Part shown: positions 18,047 through 26,455 of the stretch, piece by piece | Layout of the letters: each line of letters starts with the position of its first letter | Numbering within the stretch: position 1 is the stretch's first letter | Source of the DNA: Thermosulfurimonas dismutans | GTDB lineage: Bacteria > Desulfobacterota > Thermodesulfobacteria > Thermodesulfobacteriales > Thermodesulfobacteriaceae | NCBI RefSeq assembly: GCF_001652585.1 | Contig: NZ_LWLG01000001.1 | Span: 120,001 to 152,000, forward strand | Length of the DNA stretch: 32,000 bases | Reading direction: 5' to 3' | The notes under the pieces: generated by a model | The model's input: the letters and a program-made list of their open reading frames with translations, nothing else | Databases searched by the model: none | Told to the model about the DNA's origin: nothing | Position numbers and translations under genes: made by a program

Positions 18047-18625
18047 CTAACTAGTTTTCTGCGCTATAAGGAGCCAGAACCAATCGCTTAGAGAAGAACT
18101 CCTGAGAATTTCAAAGCCAACTCTGTTAAGGACTCTAATAACTTCATCTTCCGAAAGTCTTTCCTCTACAGGAGGGCCCATATCGGTCTTTTTCTTCTGC
18201 CACTCGAGAACAAAAAGTTGGCCTCCGGGTTTGAGGAGTCTCCGGATTTCCGAAAGAAATTTTGCCCGCTCCTCAACCTCATGAAGGACAAAGGCAAGTA
18301 AGGCTTTTTCCGCTAATCCTGAAGGAAGTGGAATTTCATAGGTATGAGATTTTATGCATTCTATATTTGTTAAACCGGACTTTTCAGCCCGGCTTTTGAG
18401 TTCGTTGAGCAATTCCCTTGAAATATCCACGGCATAAACCTTACCGGAAGGGCCTACCAGTCTGCCGGCCGGAAGGGTAAAATATCCCGTACCGCAACCG
18501 ATATCGAGAAACCAATCCCCTTTCCTGAGCCCGAATTCTTTTAAAATGGCCTCCGCCGGAAGACGTCTTTTTCTTTCTGGGGAATCGAGTTTATGTTTAT
18601 CTCTGGGATTAAATACGTGGGCCAT
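18047..18625 (-). CDS. class I SAM-dependent methyltransferase, substrate unknown
   Basis: FLDIGCGTGYFTLPAG (motif I) and LKPGGQLFVLEW (post-II). It starts 1 nt after the thyX-like stop. Confidence 0.75.
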   Translation of the reverse strand: MAHVFNPRDKHKLDSPERKRRLPAEAILKEFGLRKGDWFLDIGCGTGYFTLPAGRLVGPSGKVYAVDISRELLNELKSRAEKSGLTNIECIKSHTYEIPLPSGLAEKALLAFVLHEVEERAKFLSEIRRLLKPGGQLFVLEWQKKKTDMGPPVEERLSEDEVIRVLNRVGFEILRSSSLSDWFWLLIAQKTS

Positions 18626-18626
18626 T

Positions 18627-19595
18627 CTATAAATAAGATTTCAGGGCCTCCGCGAGCAACCGGATCTCCCACTGGGCTTTAGGATGAGCCCTTTTTTCTA
18701 CGAAGTCCTTCCAGACGAAATAAGGCCCGGTAGCAAGCACTGTGGTTGAAGCCCCTTGTGGAGTAAGAAAGCGGGCGTCCTCTTTCTTGACTCCAGAGGA
18801 TATTAGCGCCCGGTAAGCCGAAAGCCCCCGCTCTATCTCTTCCCTATAAAGTTCTCGGGCTTCAGGGGCTTTCTCAAAAGAAGGGGGTATTACAAACTGA
18901 TCCACGGAGGTGTAACGGTGGGAGCGCTGATTGAAGTTGAGCCAGGTATGCCGCACAAACTGGTGAGAGAAGATCCTGGAAAAACCCTCTACGATAACAG
19001 CATACCAGCCGAAAGGCTCGGTCTCTGGCACCCGGATCACGGTCACCCTGCGGGTGGCCAAAAGATCGGTTTCCCTGAGGTTTTCAAACCGGGGGAGCAG
19101 ATCTTTCAAAGCTCCGGAAAAGATGAGTTTAAGCTCCGCTCCCTCAAGATACCAGGCCTCAAATTCAAGAAAGCTCTCATCCATTACCCCGGGGCCGATG
19201 AGGGCTTCAAAATCTCCATCTTCCATGACCTCGGCAAAGTGCCGGAGGTTGAGCTGGAGCTTCCGGCTTTCGGGATCAAACCAGGCCTTATAAAGGCTTG
19301 CAAGGAGTTCAGGATCGGGATCGCCGCTCTTGAATTCCCAGATCAAGGGCGAGTGAGCAAAGACGCTTCCGTGCCCTGCGGATTTAAGACGAAGAAAGAA
19401 GGCCTTAAGTTTTTCTGGATCCCGAAAGCGCTCCTCGGCAAAGAGGGAAAGAGGGGGAGTCTCGGCGTAACAGATCCGGGCTCCGAGGAAACTCAGGAAG
19501 AGCGTCTTGCGAAAGGCCTCTCCACCGAGCTCTTGAAATATCTCATGGATCAAAGCCTTTTGTTTCGAGTAATAAACCGCTCGCAGGTCCTTCAA
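18627..19595 (-). CDS. thyX: ThyX-family (flavin-dependent thymidylate synthase-like) protein, atypical: ~110-aa insertion and altered ThyX motif
   Basis: GHGSVFAH, VRHTWLNFNQRSHRY (canonical is RHRxxSxNExSxRY) and KRAHPKAQWEI (canonical is R..S.AQWEI). It is 322 aa versus the usual ~220-250. Confidence 0.6.
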   Translation of the reverse strand: MKDLRAVYYSKQKALIHEIFQELGGEAFRKTLFLSFLGARICYAETPPLSLFAEERFRDPEKLKAFFLRLKSAGHGSVFAHSPLIWEFKSGDPDPELLASLYKAWFDPESRKLQLNLRHFAEVMEDGDFEALIGPGVMDESFLEFEAWYLEGAELKLIFSGALKDLLPRFENLRETDLLATRRVTVIRVPETEPFGWYAVIVEGFSRIFSHQFVRHTWLNFNQRSHRYTSVDQFVIPPSFEKAPEARELYREEIERGLSAYRALISSGVKKEDARFLTPQGASTTVLATGPYFVWKDFVEKRAHPKAQWEIRLLAEALKSYL

Positions 19596-20035
19596 CGGTA
19601 ACCCCCTGTGCTACCAAAGCCTCCACGAGAGATCGACCGGGGAGGACGAGGGACTTCCCGAAGCTTTACCTCGGTGGCCACGGCGAGCAGGACTAGCTGG
19701 GCAATCCTCTCTCCGGCCAACACCTTGACCGGCTCCTCTCGCAAATTTAGGACCAGTATTTTGAGCTCGTCCTCCTCGCCACAGTAATCGAAATCGATGA
19801 CACCTGCGGAGTGGGGAAAGATGAGGCCCTTCTTTCGGAAGAGACTGGAACGGGGAAAAACAAACATAGCGTAAGGTCTTGGGGCCTCGATCACGAGACC
19901 AGTCCGTATAAAAGTAGGTTCCCCGGGAAGTATTTCCTGATCTTCAAGGGCAAAGAGATCGAACCCTACGGCTCCTTCGGAGGCCTTTTCCGGGAGACGA
20001 GCCCGCGGATCCCTGCGCCAGACCTTAAGTTCCAT
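19592..20035 (-). CDS. dut: dUTP diphosphatase
   Basis: GAVGFDL, PRSSL, GVIDFDYCGE and the C-terminal RGGFGSTG motif. It overlaps the thyX-like start by 4 nt. Confidence 0.88.
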   Translation of the reverse strand: MELKVWRRDPRARLPEKASEGAVGFDLFALEDQEILPGEPTFIRTGLVIEAPRPYAMFVFPRSSLFRKKGLIFPHSAGVIDFDYCGEEDELKILVLNLREEPVKVLAGERIAQLVLLAVATEVKLREVPRPPRSISRGGFGSTGGYR

Positions 20036-20046
20036 ATCTTCCCTTT

Positions 20047-20100
20047 TATGTCAGGTTGTCGAAAAAGTCTAGTCTATGTACAGGTTGCCGAAAAGTCTAG
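20047..20100. repeat. two tandem imperfect 26-nt direct repeats (28-nt period) immediately upstream of dut
   Basis: Plus strand: TATGT-CAGGTTGTCGAAAAAGTCTAG (20047-20072) and TATGTACAGGTTGCCGAAAA-GTCTAG (20075-20100). The second copy covers the stop of the 93-aa ORF. Confidence 0.7.
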
Positions 20101-20378
20101 GCCCTTCTTTTATGGGCCCAAAGCATAAAACTTCGGGGGAACTCCCGGGCAAAGAGCCTCTCAGCAAGCTTGAAAAGCTCCTTCTCCGGGACCTCAAAGT
20201 CCTCCCTAAAAAAGCCCCGTTCCTCCACCAGAAAACCTTCTCCTTTTCGGATGATCCTCACCAAACGGTTCCGCTTCTTACACAGAAAATCCAAACACTC
20301 TCCTTCCCGGAGTCCCGGAAGTCTTTCCGAAAGCCAGCGTAAGGCTTCTTCCTTCCTTATGCGGGCCATAGCTTGCAT
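20097..20378 (-). CDS. hypothetical 93-aa protein
   Basis: Open frame only. There is no convincing SD and I recognise no family. Its position upstream of dut is the only support. Confidence 0.35.
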   Translation of the reverse strand: MQAMARIRKEEALRWLSERLPGLREGECLDFLCKKRNRLVRIIRKGEGFLVEERGFFREDFEVPEKELFKLAERLFAREFPRSFMLWAHKRRA

Positions 20379-20622
20379 TTTAATCTCTTTGAAGCTACAA
20401 AAAAGACGTGAGAACCCTTCGCTGGCAATATGTCTGCTTTCCCCTTCCAGTTCTCGGCCCTAAATTGAAAGGAAACCGTCGAAAGAAGAGGTGAAATATT
20501 GGCCTCGGCTAATCCTCCCTAGAAGAAATCTCTCCTCAGGGCCAGGCCACGGGCTACCTCGAGCTTACTTCCTAAAAGTCCAAGATTTTTACCATTAAAG
20601 TGATCATCGAATATCCATACTC

Positions 20623-20651
20623 TTGACCAATCTCCCAAACCTTCATAAGCT
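20623..20651 (+). promoter_or_regulatory. candidate promoter TTGACC-N17-TAAGCT for the zapB-like/zapA/6S unit
   Basis: Hexamers at 20623-20628 and 20646-20651. AAGGAGG and the ATG at 20672 follow. Confidence 0.35.
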
Positions 20652-20671
20652 TGTTATAGAAGGAGGCGGAG

Positions 20672-20911
20672 ATGGAAATGGAGATCCAGGAATTACGGCT
20701 TCTTGAGGAAAGGATCGAAAGGCTTCTGCAATTGATAGGGCGTCTTAAAGGCGAAAAAGAGGAACTTTTGGCCAAACTTCAAGAAAAAGAAGCCGAAAAT
20801 TCTCGGCTTAAGGAAGAGCTTAACCGCAGGGAGGAAGAAAGGAGGGCCATCAAAGAAAGGATTGGTACGCTTATAGAACGGCTCTCCCAGTTCTCCGAGG
20901 GAGGAGAGTAA
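20672..20911 (+). CDS. small coiled-coil protein, ZapB-like
   Basis: 79 aa, heptad-rich E/K/L sequence, strong SD, directly upstream of zapA. Confidence 0.5.
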   Translation: MEMEIQELRLLEERIERLLQLIGRLKGEKEELLAKLQEKEAENSRLKEELNRREEERRAIKERIGTLIERLSQFSEGGE

Positions 20912-20915
20912 CTCC

Positions 20916-21212
20916 TTGGCCGAAAGGCTTATCGAATTCAATTTTGCAGGAAACAGCTTTACCTTCCGGGCCAATCTCCCGGAAGATGAAATAGAGGCTA
21001 TTTTGAAGTATTTGGAAGAAAAAAAACAGAGGCTCAACGGCCAAAAGAAACTTTCGCCTTTAAAACAGGCGGTGCTCATGTTATTAGAGGTGGCCTCGGA
21101 TTTAGTAAAACTTGAGAAGGAGCATCGTCTTCTCTCGGAGAAGATAGGGAGAGAAGCTATAAGGCTTAGAGAAACTATAGATCGGGAGCTAGAATGCCTG
21201 GGGTGTGCGTGA
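20916..21212 (+). CDS. zapA: cell division protein ZapA-like
   Basis: LIEFNFAGNSFTFRANLPEDEIEAILKYLEEK is a ZapA-like N-terminus followed by a C-terminal coiled coil. TTG start at 20916. Confidence 0.65.
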   Translation: MAERLIEFNFAGNSFTFRANLPEDEIEAILKYLEEKKQRLNGQKKLSPLKQAVLMLLEVASDLVKLEKEHRLLSEKIGREAIRLRETIDRELECLGCA

Positions 21213-21371
21213 TTGGCCTTGAAGCCCGCCGAGGCAACATTAATCAAAGAGGGGGATTCCTCTCCATCCTGGTGCAAGCTCCGGTGAATCTCACCGGAGA
21301 AGCCGAAGGGATGGACGAATCCCCCACCTTAGGCCAACGGTCCTCGAAGCGGGCCGGCTAACACGGCACCC
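21203..21371 (+). ncRNA. ssrS: 6S RNA candidate
   Basis: An extended closing stem pairs 21203-21234 with 21342-21371. A symmetric central bubble has 16 nt on each strand (21235-21250 and 21326-21341). The internal helices are GGGGGATTC/GAATCCCCC and CCATCC/GGATGG, and the apical hairpin is CTCCGGTGA-atc-TCACCGGAG. G-U pairs favour the plus strand. The position just after zapA matches the zapA-ssrS synteny known in other bacteria. Confidence 0.65.
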
Positions 21372-21437
21372 CGGGTTCCTTTTCCTTTTAATTCCCTCCT
21401 GTTTCCTTCCTGCGGAAAAAATAAAGGAGGTTCTAAT

Positions 21438-23000
21438 ATGGAAGTGGTGGTAGCTCTGCTGACCCTCATTTTGGGAGGGGCGATCGGATTTCTGATAGCT
21501 TACAAGTTGAGGCGCAAGGAAGAGGTCCGCGAAAAGCTTGAAGCCGAAAGGGAAGCTCAGATCATCCTTGAAAGGGCCCGCCGAGAAGCGGAAACCATTA
21601 CCCAAGAAGCCCGTATCAAGGCTAAAGAAGAGCTCCTTAAGGCCAAAGAAAAACTTGAGGAGGAAAACCGCCGGAAGTTAAAAGAGTTGGAATCCCGAGA
21701 GGATAGGCTTTCTCAGAAAGAAGAGGCCCTTGCCCGACGAGAGGACGAACTCAAAAAGATGGACGAGGCCCTCCGGGCCAAGCTAGCTGAGGTCGAAAAG
21801 ACCCAGGAGGAAATTTCCCAAAAGGAAGAAGAACTCAAGGCCTTAATCGAAGAGGAAAAGAAGAAACTTGAAGAAGTTGCCCACATGAGCGAGGAAGAAG
21901 CTCGGGAATTGCTCCTTTCCCGGGTAGAAGAGGAGGCCCGAGAGGAAGCCGCTCGCATCCTCATGCGGGTTGAAGCCGAAACCAAGGAAGAGGCTAAACG
22001 CAGATCTCAAGAAATACTGGCTCTAGCGGTCTCCCGGTGTGCGGCCGAATTCGTTACCGAAAAGACGGTCTCAGTGGTGCCCCTCCCCAGTGAGGAAATG
22101 AAAGGCCGCATTATAGGAAGGGAAGGTCGGAACATCCGAGCCTTTGAGGCCGCCACCGGAGTAGATGTCCTCATAGACGACACCCCGGAGGTAGTGGTCC
22201 TTTCCTGTTTCAATCCCATTCGTAGGGAGATTGCCCGCATCGCCCTTGAGAGACTAGTGGCCGACGGCCGCATTCATCCGGCCCGCATCGAAGAGGTGGT
22301 CCGAAAAGTGGAAGAAGAGATGGAGGTTACCATTAAAGAAACTGGAGAGAAGGCCGCCTTTGACGTGGGAGTTTACGGGCTCCACCCCGAACTCATAAAA
22401 CTCCTCGGCAAACTCAAATATCGTACCAGTTACACCCAAAATGTCCTCCAGCACTCCATCGAAGTAGCCTTCATCTGTGGAGTCATGGCCGGAGAACTTG
22501 GGCTAGACGTCAAGAAGGCTAAAAGGGCGGGCCTGCTTCACGATATAGGCAAGGCCGTGGACTACGAACAGGAAGGTCCCCACGCCCTCATTGGTGCGGA
22601 CCTAGCCCGTAAGTATGGAGAGGACGAAGAGATCGTAAATGCCATCGCCGCTCACCACGAAGATGTTGAAGCAAACTCGGTGCTTGCAGTCCTAGTCCAG
22701 GCCGCGGACGCCGTTTCTGGTGCCAGACCTGGGGCCCGTAGGGAACTCTTAGAAACCTACATCAAACGTCTTCAAGACCTAGAAAATATCGCCTACTCCT
22801 TTGAAGGCGTGCAGAAGGCCTACGCCATCCAGGCAGGCCGGGAAGTACGGATCATGGTGGATAGCGGCAAAATCTCAGATGAAGAAGCCGTGCTTCTTGC
22901 CAGAGACATCGCCCAAAAGATAGAATCTGAGATGAAATTCCCCGGAATAATCAAGGTCACGGTGATCCGGGAGACCAGGGCTGTGGAGTACGCCAAATGA
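21438..23000 (+). CDS. rny: ribonuclease Y
   Basis: N-terminal TM helix, long E/K coiled coil, KH motif [15 protein letters not shown] and HD domain LLHDIGKA. Confidence 0.92.
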   Translation: MEVVVALLTLILGGAIGFLIAYKLRRKEEVREKLEAEREAQIILERARREAETITQEARIKAKEELLKAKEKLEEENRRKLKELESREDRLSQKEEALARREDELKKMDEALRAKLAEVEKTQEEISQKEEELKALIEEEKKKLEEVAHMSEEEARELLLSRVEEEAREEAARILMRVEAETKEEAKRRSQEILALAVSRCAAEFVTEKTVSVVPLPSEEMKGRIIGREGRNIRAFEAATGVDVLIDDTPEVVVLSCFNPIRREIARIALERLVADGRIHPARIEEVVRKVEEEMEVTIKETGEKAAFDVGVYGLHPELIKLLGKLKYRTSYTQNVLQHSIEVAFICGVMAGELGLDVKKAKRAGLLHDIGKAVDYEQEGPHALIGADLARKYGEDEEIVNAIAAHHEDVEANSVLAVLVQAADAVSGARPGARRELLETYIKRLQDLENIAYSFEGVQKAYAIQAGREVRIMVDSGKISDEEAVLLARDIAQKIESEMKFPGIIKVTVIRETRAVEYAK

Positions 23001-23776
23001 GAATTCTTTTCCTCGGAGACATCGTAGGAAACCCCGGCCGTCGGGCGGCAAAGCTCTTCCTGCCGGAGCTTAAGAAGGAGTTCCTCCCGGATTTCGTGAT
23101 CGGAAACGCGGAAAATGCTGCCGGGGGCTACGGCTTAACCGAAAAGATTACCGAGGAACTTTTGGACTTGGGTTTTGATCTCCTTACTTCCGGAAATCAC
23201 ATCTGGAAGCGAGAATTCCTGCCCTATCTCTCAAAGAGCGAAAAGGTCCTCAGACCCGCAAATTACCCGGAGGAAGCTCCGGGAAGAGGGCACGCTCTGA
23301 TAGAAAAGAATGGCCTAAAGCTCGGGGTCATAAACCTTGAAGGTCGGGTCTTTATGAGGCCCTTATTGTGTCCCTTTAGGACTGCCGAGCGTCTGAGCAA
23401 AGAACTACAGAAGGAAACCTCCTGCATCCTGGTGGATTTTCACGCTGAGGCCACTTCGGAAAAGATCGCCCTCGGCTGGTGGCTTGACGGCAGGGTCTCG
23501 GCTCTCCTAGGAACGCACACCCACGTCCAGACCGCGGACGAAAGAATTCTTCCCGAGGGCACGGCCTATATCTCGGATGTAGGCATGTGCGGTTTGGCGG
23601 ACGGGGTTATCGGTATGCGGCGGGAGCAGGCCCTGGAAATGTACCTCACCCAAGTGCCAAGAAAACTTGAAGTCCCCAAGTCCGGTAGGGTCAAGCTTGA
23701 GGCGGTCTTTCTTGAAATTGAGCCTCAAACGGGCCGGGCCCTTCGAATAGAACGTATTAGGCGAGAAGAATGCTAA
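22997..23776 (+). CDS. ymdB: YmdB-family metallophosphoesterase (2',3'-cyclic-nucleotide phosphodiesterase-like)
   Basis: [15 protein letters not shown] and GNHIW motifs. ATGA overlap with the rny stop, matching the conserved rny-ymdB pairing. Confidence 0.85.
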   Translation: MRILFLGDIVGNPGRRAAKLFLPELKKEFLPDFVIGNAENAAGGYGLTEKITEELLDLGFDLLTSGNHIWKREFLPYLSKSEKVLRPANYPEEAPGRGHALIEKNGLKLGVINLEGRVFMRPLLCPFRTAERLSKELQKETSCILVDFHAEATSEKIALGWWLDGRVSALLGTHTHVQTADERILPEGTAYISDVGMCGLADGVIGMRREQALEMYLTQVPRKLEVPKSGRVKLEAVFLEIEPQTGRALRIERIRREEC

Positions 23777-24387
23777 TCCTTGTTCCCACGGAGCTTGAAG
23801 CTGCTCCTTTAAGAGACCTTGGGCTCAGGATGGAGATCATAGGCATGGGCCCGGTTGAAGCCGCGGTTTCAGCCTACGAGATTTTTCAGCAAGAAAAGTC
23901 CCAAGTAGCGTTTCTGGCCGGGCTTGCAGGGGCCTATCCCGAAAGCGGTCTTTCGGTGGGAGACCTGGTGCTCGCAATTGAAGAAGCCTTCGGGGATCTG
24001 GCCATCTGTTATCCCGAAAGGTTGGGGACCTTCGGCAAAAAGCTCCCGGTAAAGAATCGTCTTTCTCTGAGGTCTCCCTATCTGGAAAAAGCCGTGTGTA
24101 TCCTGGAGGAAAATGAGTTCCATCCGGAAGTAGGTCCTTTGGTTACGGTTTGTTGCGCCACCCGAGACCCTGAACGAGCCCTTCTTTTCGGAAGACGTTA
24201 TGCCGCCCTTGCGGAAAACATGGAGGGTTTCGGAGTGGCCCTGGCGGCGGAGAAAGCCGGTGTTACCTTGATCGAACTTCGAACAATAAGCAATCTCCTC
24301 GAAAAACCGGAGGATCCCTGGGAGACGGAGAGGGCCCTTTCGGCCTTAAAGGAGGCTTTGAGGTGTCTTTCGAAAAACTGGAGATAG
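23770..24387 (+). CDS. mqnB: futalosine hydrolase-like nucleosidase
   Basis: PNP/MTAN-fold-like [11 protein letters not shown]...ENMEGFGVA. It is adjacent to and overlaps mqnD. Confidence 0.6.
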   Translation: MLILVPTELEAAPLRDLGLRMEIIGMGPVEAAVSAYEIFQQEKSQVAFLAGLAGAYPESGLSVGDLVLAIEEAFGDLAICYPERLGTFGKKLPVKNRLSLRSPYLEKAVCILEENEFHPEVGPLVTVCCATRDPERALLFGRRYAALAENMEGFGVALAAEKAGVTLIELRTISNLLEKPEDPWETERALSALKEALRCLSKNWR

Positions 24388-25187
24388 CCATCTCCCCTTG
24401 CCCGAACGACACCTTCATCTTCGGGCCTCTTGTGCTCGGGTGGATCAAAGTTCCCTTCCGGATGGAGTTCTACTTTGAGGACATAGAAACCCTTAACCGT
24501 ATGGCCCTTACGGGCGAAGTCCCGGTCATCAAGCTCTCTTTTGCGGTCCTTCCCGAGGTAGCCGAGAGATATCTAGTTCTTCCGGTAGGGGCGGCCTTGG
24601 GGCGAGGGGTAGGCCCGCTTCTCGTGGCCCGTAAGCCTTATACTCCCGCAAAAGTCCCAGAACTAAGGGTCCTCCTCCCTGGGGAACACACCACCGCCCA
24701 CCTCCTCTTCCGCCTAGCTTTTCCGGGAGCAACGCGAAAGGCCTTTGTGCCCTACCATGAAATAATGCCCAGACTCCAGGACGGTGAGGCCGAGGCCGGG
24801 GTCATTATCCACGAGGGACGGTTCGTCTTCCGGGACTACGGTCTTTACGAAATTCTTGATCTCGGGGCCTGGTGGGAAAGAGAGACCGGACTTCCAATTC
24901 CCCTTGGGGGCATCTTTGCCCGCAGGGATCTCCTCCCGGAGAGACTTCAAGTATTGACTACAGCTATCCGGCAAAGCCTTGAACTTGCCCGGGAGCGTTT
25001 CGAAGAACTTTACCCCTTCATCGCCCAAAAGGCCCGCGAACTCTCCCGCGAAGTAATCGAACGTCACATCACTACCTATGTCAATGACTTCACTTGGGAC
25101 CTTGGCCAGGAAGGCCGGAAGGTCCTCAAGGTTCTGGCCGAAAAGGTCAAACCCGACGCCCAAATCCTCGTCTGGGAGGAAAAATGA
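24363..25187 (+). CDS. mqnD: 1,4-dihydroxy-6-naphthoate synthase (futalosine pathway)
   Basis: The ISPCPNDTFIFGPLV N-terminal signature is typical of MqnD. GTG start overlaps the mqnB end. Confidence 0.7.
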   Translation: MSFEKLEIAISPCPNDTFIFGPLVLGWIKVPFRMEFYFEDIETLNRMALTGEVPVIKLSFAVLPEVAERYLVLPVGAALGRGVGPLLVARKPYTPAKVPELRVLLPGEHTTAHLLFRLAFPGATRKAFVPYHEIMPRLQDGEAEAGVIIHEGRFVFRDYGLYEILDLGAWWERETGLPIPLGGIFARRDLLPERLQVLTTAIRQSLELARERFEELYPFIAQKARELSREVIERHITTYVNDFTWDLGQEGRKVLKVLAEKVKPDAQILVWEEK

Positions 25188-25879
25188 GTTTCTGGCACCT
25201 GATCCTATCTGCGGGACCAGTAGGCAAATTGACTCTCCTTGTCCTTTTTTTTCTTTCGGTCTTCACCTGGGCAGTCATCATAGTGAAGTTTCGAGGTATA
25301 AGGGAAAGCCGTAAGGGTCTTGAGGAACTGGCAGAACTGATTGATAAGAGTACGAATCTAGTAACCCTGGCGGAGGGGCTCAAAAGTATCCCCGAGGGTC
25401 TGGCCAAACGGACCGTAAGGGAATATCTTCTGGTCTATTCCCGACTCAAAAAGGACTTTCCTGCTCCGGAAAAACCAGAACTCCGGGGACTATGGTTCTC
25501 TTCCCTGAAAGGCCTCCTTCTTCAGGAATGGGAGCGCCTACGTGAAGAAAAGACGGCTTCCTTTCCGGTTTTCCTGGGTTTTCTCGCTACGGTGGGGAAC
25601 ACCGCCCCCTTCATCGGACTTTTCGGCACGGTCTGGGGCATCATGGCTGCCTTTCACCGTATAGGCCTTAAGGGAAGCGCAAGTCTTGCCACGGTAGCCC
25701 CCGGGATAGCCGAGGCCCTGATTGCCACCGCCATGGGACTTTTCGCCGCTATTCCTGCAGTGGTGGCCTATAACTACTTCACACGCGCGGGAGAGGCCGT
25801 CCTCGAAGACCTCTCCCGGATAGAAAAGAGATTGGTCTATCTATGCGAAAAAGATCTCCTCGAGGATGTTCTTTCCTAG
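25184..25879 (+). CDS. MotA/TolQ/ExbB-family proton-channel protein with no TolR/ExbD partner in the window
   Basis: The channel core is GNTAPFIGLFGTVWGIM...APGIAEALIATAMGLFAAIPAVVAYN. The ATG at 25184 (MSFWHLIL) overlaps the mqnD stop as ATGA. The track's 30-codon N-terminal extension lies inside mqnD. Confidence 0.8.
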   Translation: MSFWHLILSAGPVGKLTLLVLFFLSVFTWAVIIVKFRGIRESRKGLEELAELIDKSTNLVTLAEGLKSIPEGLAKRTVREYLLVYSRLKKDFPAPEKPELRGLWFSSLKGLLLQEWERLREEKTASFPVFLGFLATVGNTAPFIGLFGTVWGIMAAFHRIGLKGSASLATVAPGIAEALIATAMGLFAAIPAVVAYNYFTRAGEAVLEDLSRIEKRLVYLCEKDLLEDVLS

Positions 25880-26394
25880 GCCTCTTGGGCCAAGAGATTT
25901 AGATCGAGAACTCGGCCGGCAAGCTCTCGGTCGATATGAAAAAGCCCCTGAGGAGAATCCTTGATCAGTTTCATCTGATTGACTATCCGGCCGAAGGAAT
26001 CTTCCTCCTCCACCTGTTCGGAGACAAACCACTGGAGAAAGATCTCCGTGGCGTGGTCTCCTTCCTCTTTGGCAAAATCCATGAGTCTGTTGATCCGCTT
26101 GGTGACCTCCCTTTCGTGATTCAGGGCGTATTCCATGGCCGCAAGCGGAGATTCCCACTCTATCGGAGGTTGAGGAATTTCCTGAAGCCTGACCCGACCG
26201 CCGCGCTCGTTTACAAACTTATAGAACTTCATGGCATGCATCGTCTCCTCGGCAGTCTGGGATTTCATCCAATGAGCAAAACCCTCAAGTCCCAAGTCCT
26301 CAAAATAAGCCGCCATCGAAAGATAAAGATAGGCCGAATAAAACTCCCACTTAATCTGCTCGTTCAGGGCTTCCTCCATCTTGGGCGTAAGCAT
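25876..26394 (-). CDS. ftn: ferritin
   Basis: LNEQIKWEFYSAYLYLSMAAYF...EETMHAMKFY...HEREVT are ferroxidase-centre residues. Confidence 0.88.
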   Translation of the reverse strand: MLTPKMEEALNEQIKWEFYSAYLYLSMAAYFEDLGLEGFAHWMKSQTAEETMHAMKFYKFVNERGGRVRLQEIPQPPIEWESPLAAMEYALNHEREVTKRINRLMDFAKEEGDHATEIFLQWFVSEQVEEEDSFGRIVNQMKLIKDSPQGLFHIDRELAGRVLDLNLLAQEA

Positions 26395-26455
26395 TTCGTA
26401 TTCCTCCTTTTAAAATTTATATTTGTTTGAAAGCTATCTAAACAAGTTTTGACTG

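Noticed and set aside
20379-20671. 293-nt non-coding gap examined for an ncRNA (SRP RNA, RNase P, riboswitch) or small ORFs
   Set aside because: I could find no convincing conserved motif or extended helix by eye. It is most simply a divergent promoter region. A covariance-model scan would settle it.
20693-21277. 194-aa minus-strand ORF
   Set aside because: It is antisense to the zapB-like gene, zapA and the 6S candidate. It is Ser-rich and low in complexity, as expected opposite E/K/L-rich coiled-coil codons.
21713-22273. Ser/Arg-rich minus-strand ORFs (90 and 88 aa)
   Set aside because: These are shadow frames of the Glu/Lys-rich coiled coil of RNase Y.
25094-25183. 30-codon Gly/Pro/Arg-rich N-terminal extension of the TolQ-like ORF
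   Set aside because: It lies entirely within mqnD coding sequence. ATG 25184 gives a normal TolQ N-terminus and the typical ATGA coupling.
26423-26445. Inverted repeat TTGTTT-N11-AAACAA upstream of ferritin as a Fur/PerR box
   Set aside because: Only the outer 6 bp are symmetric and there is no resemblance to the GATAATGATAATCATTATC-type consensus. It may still be an operator, but the evidence is insufficient.
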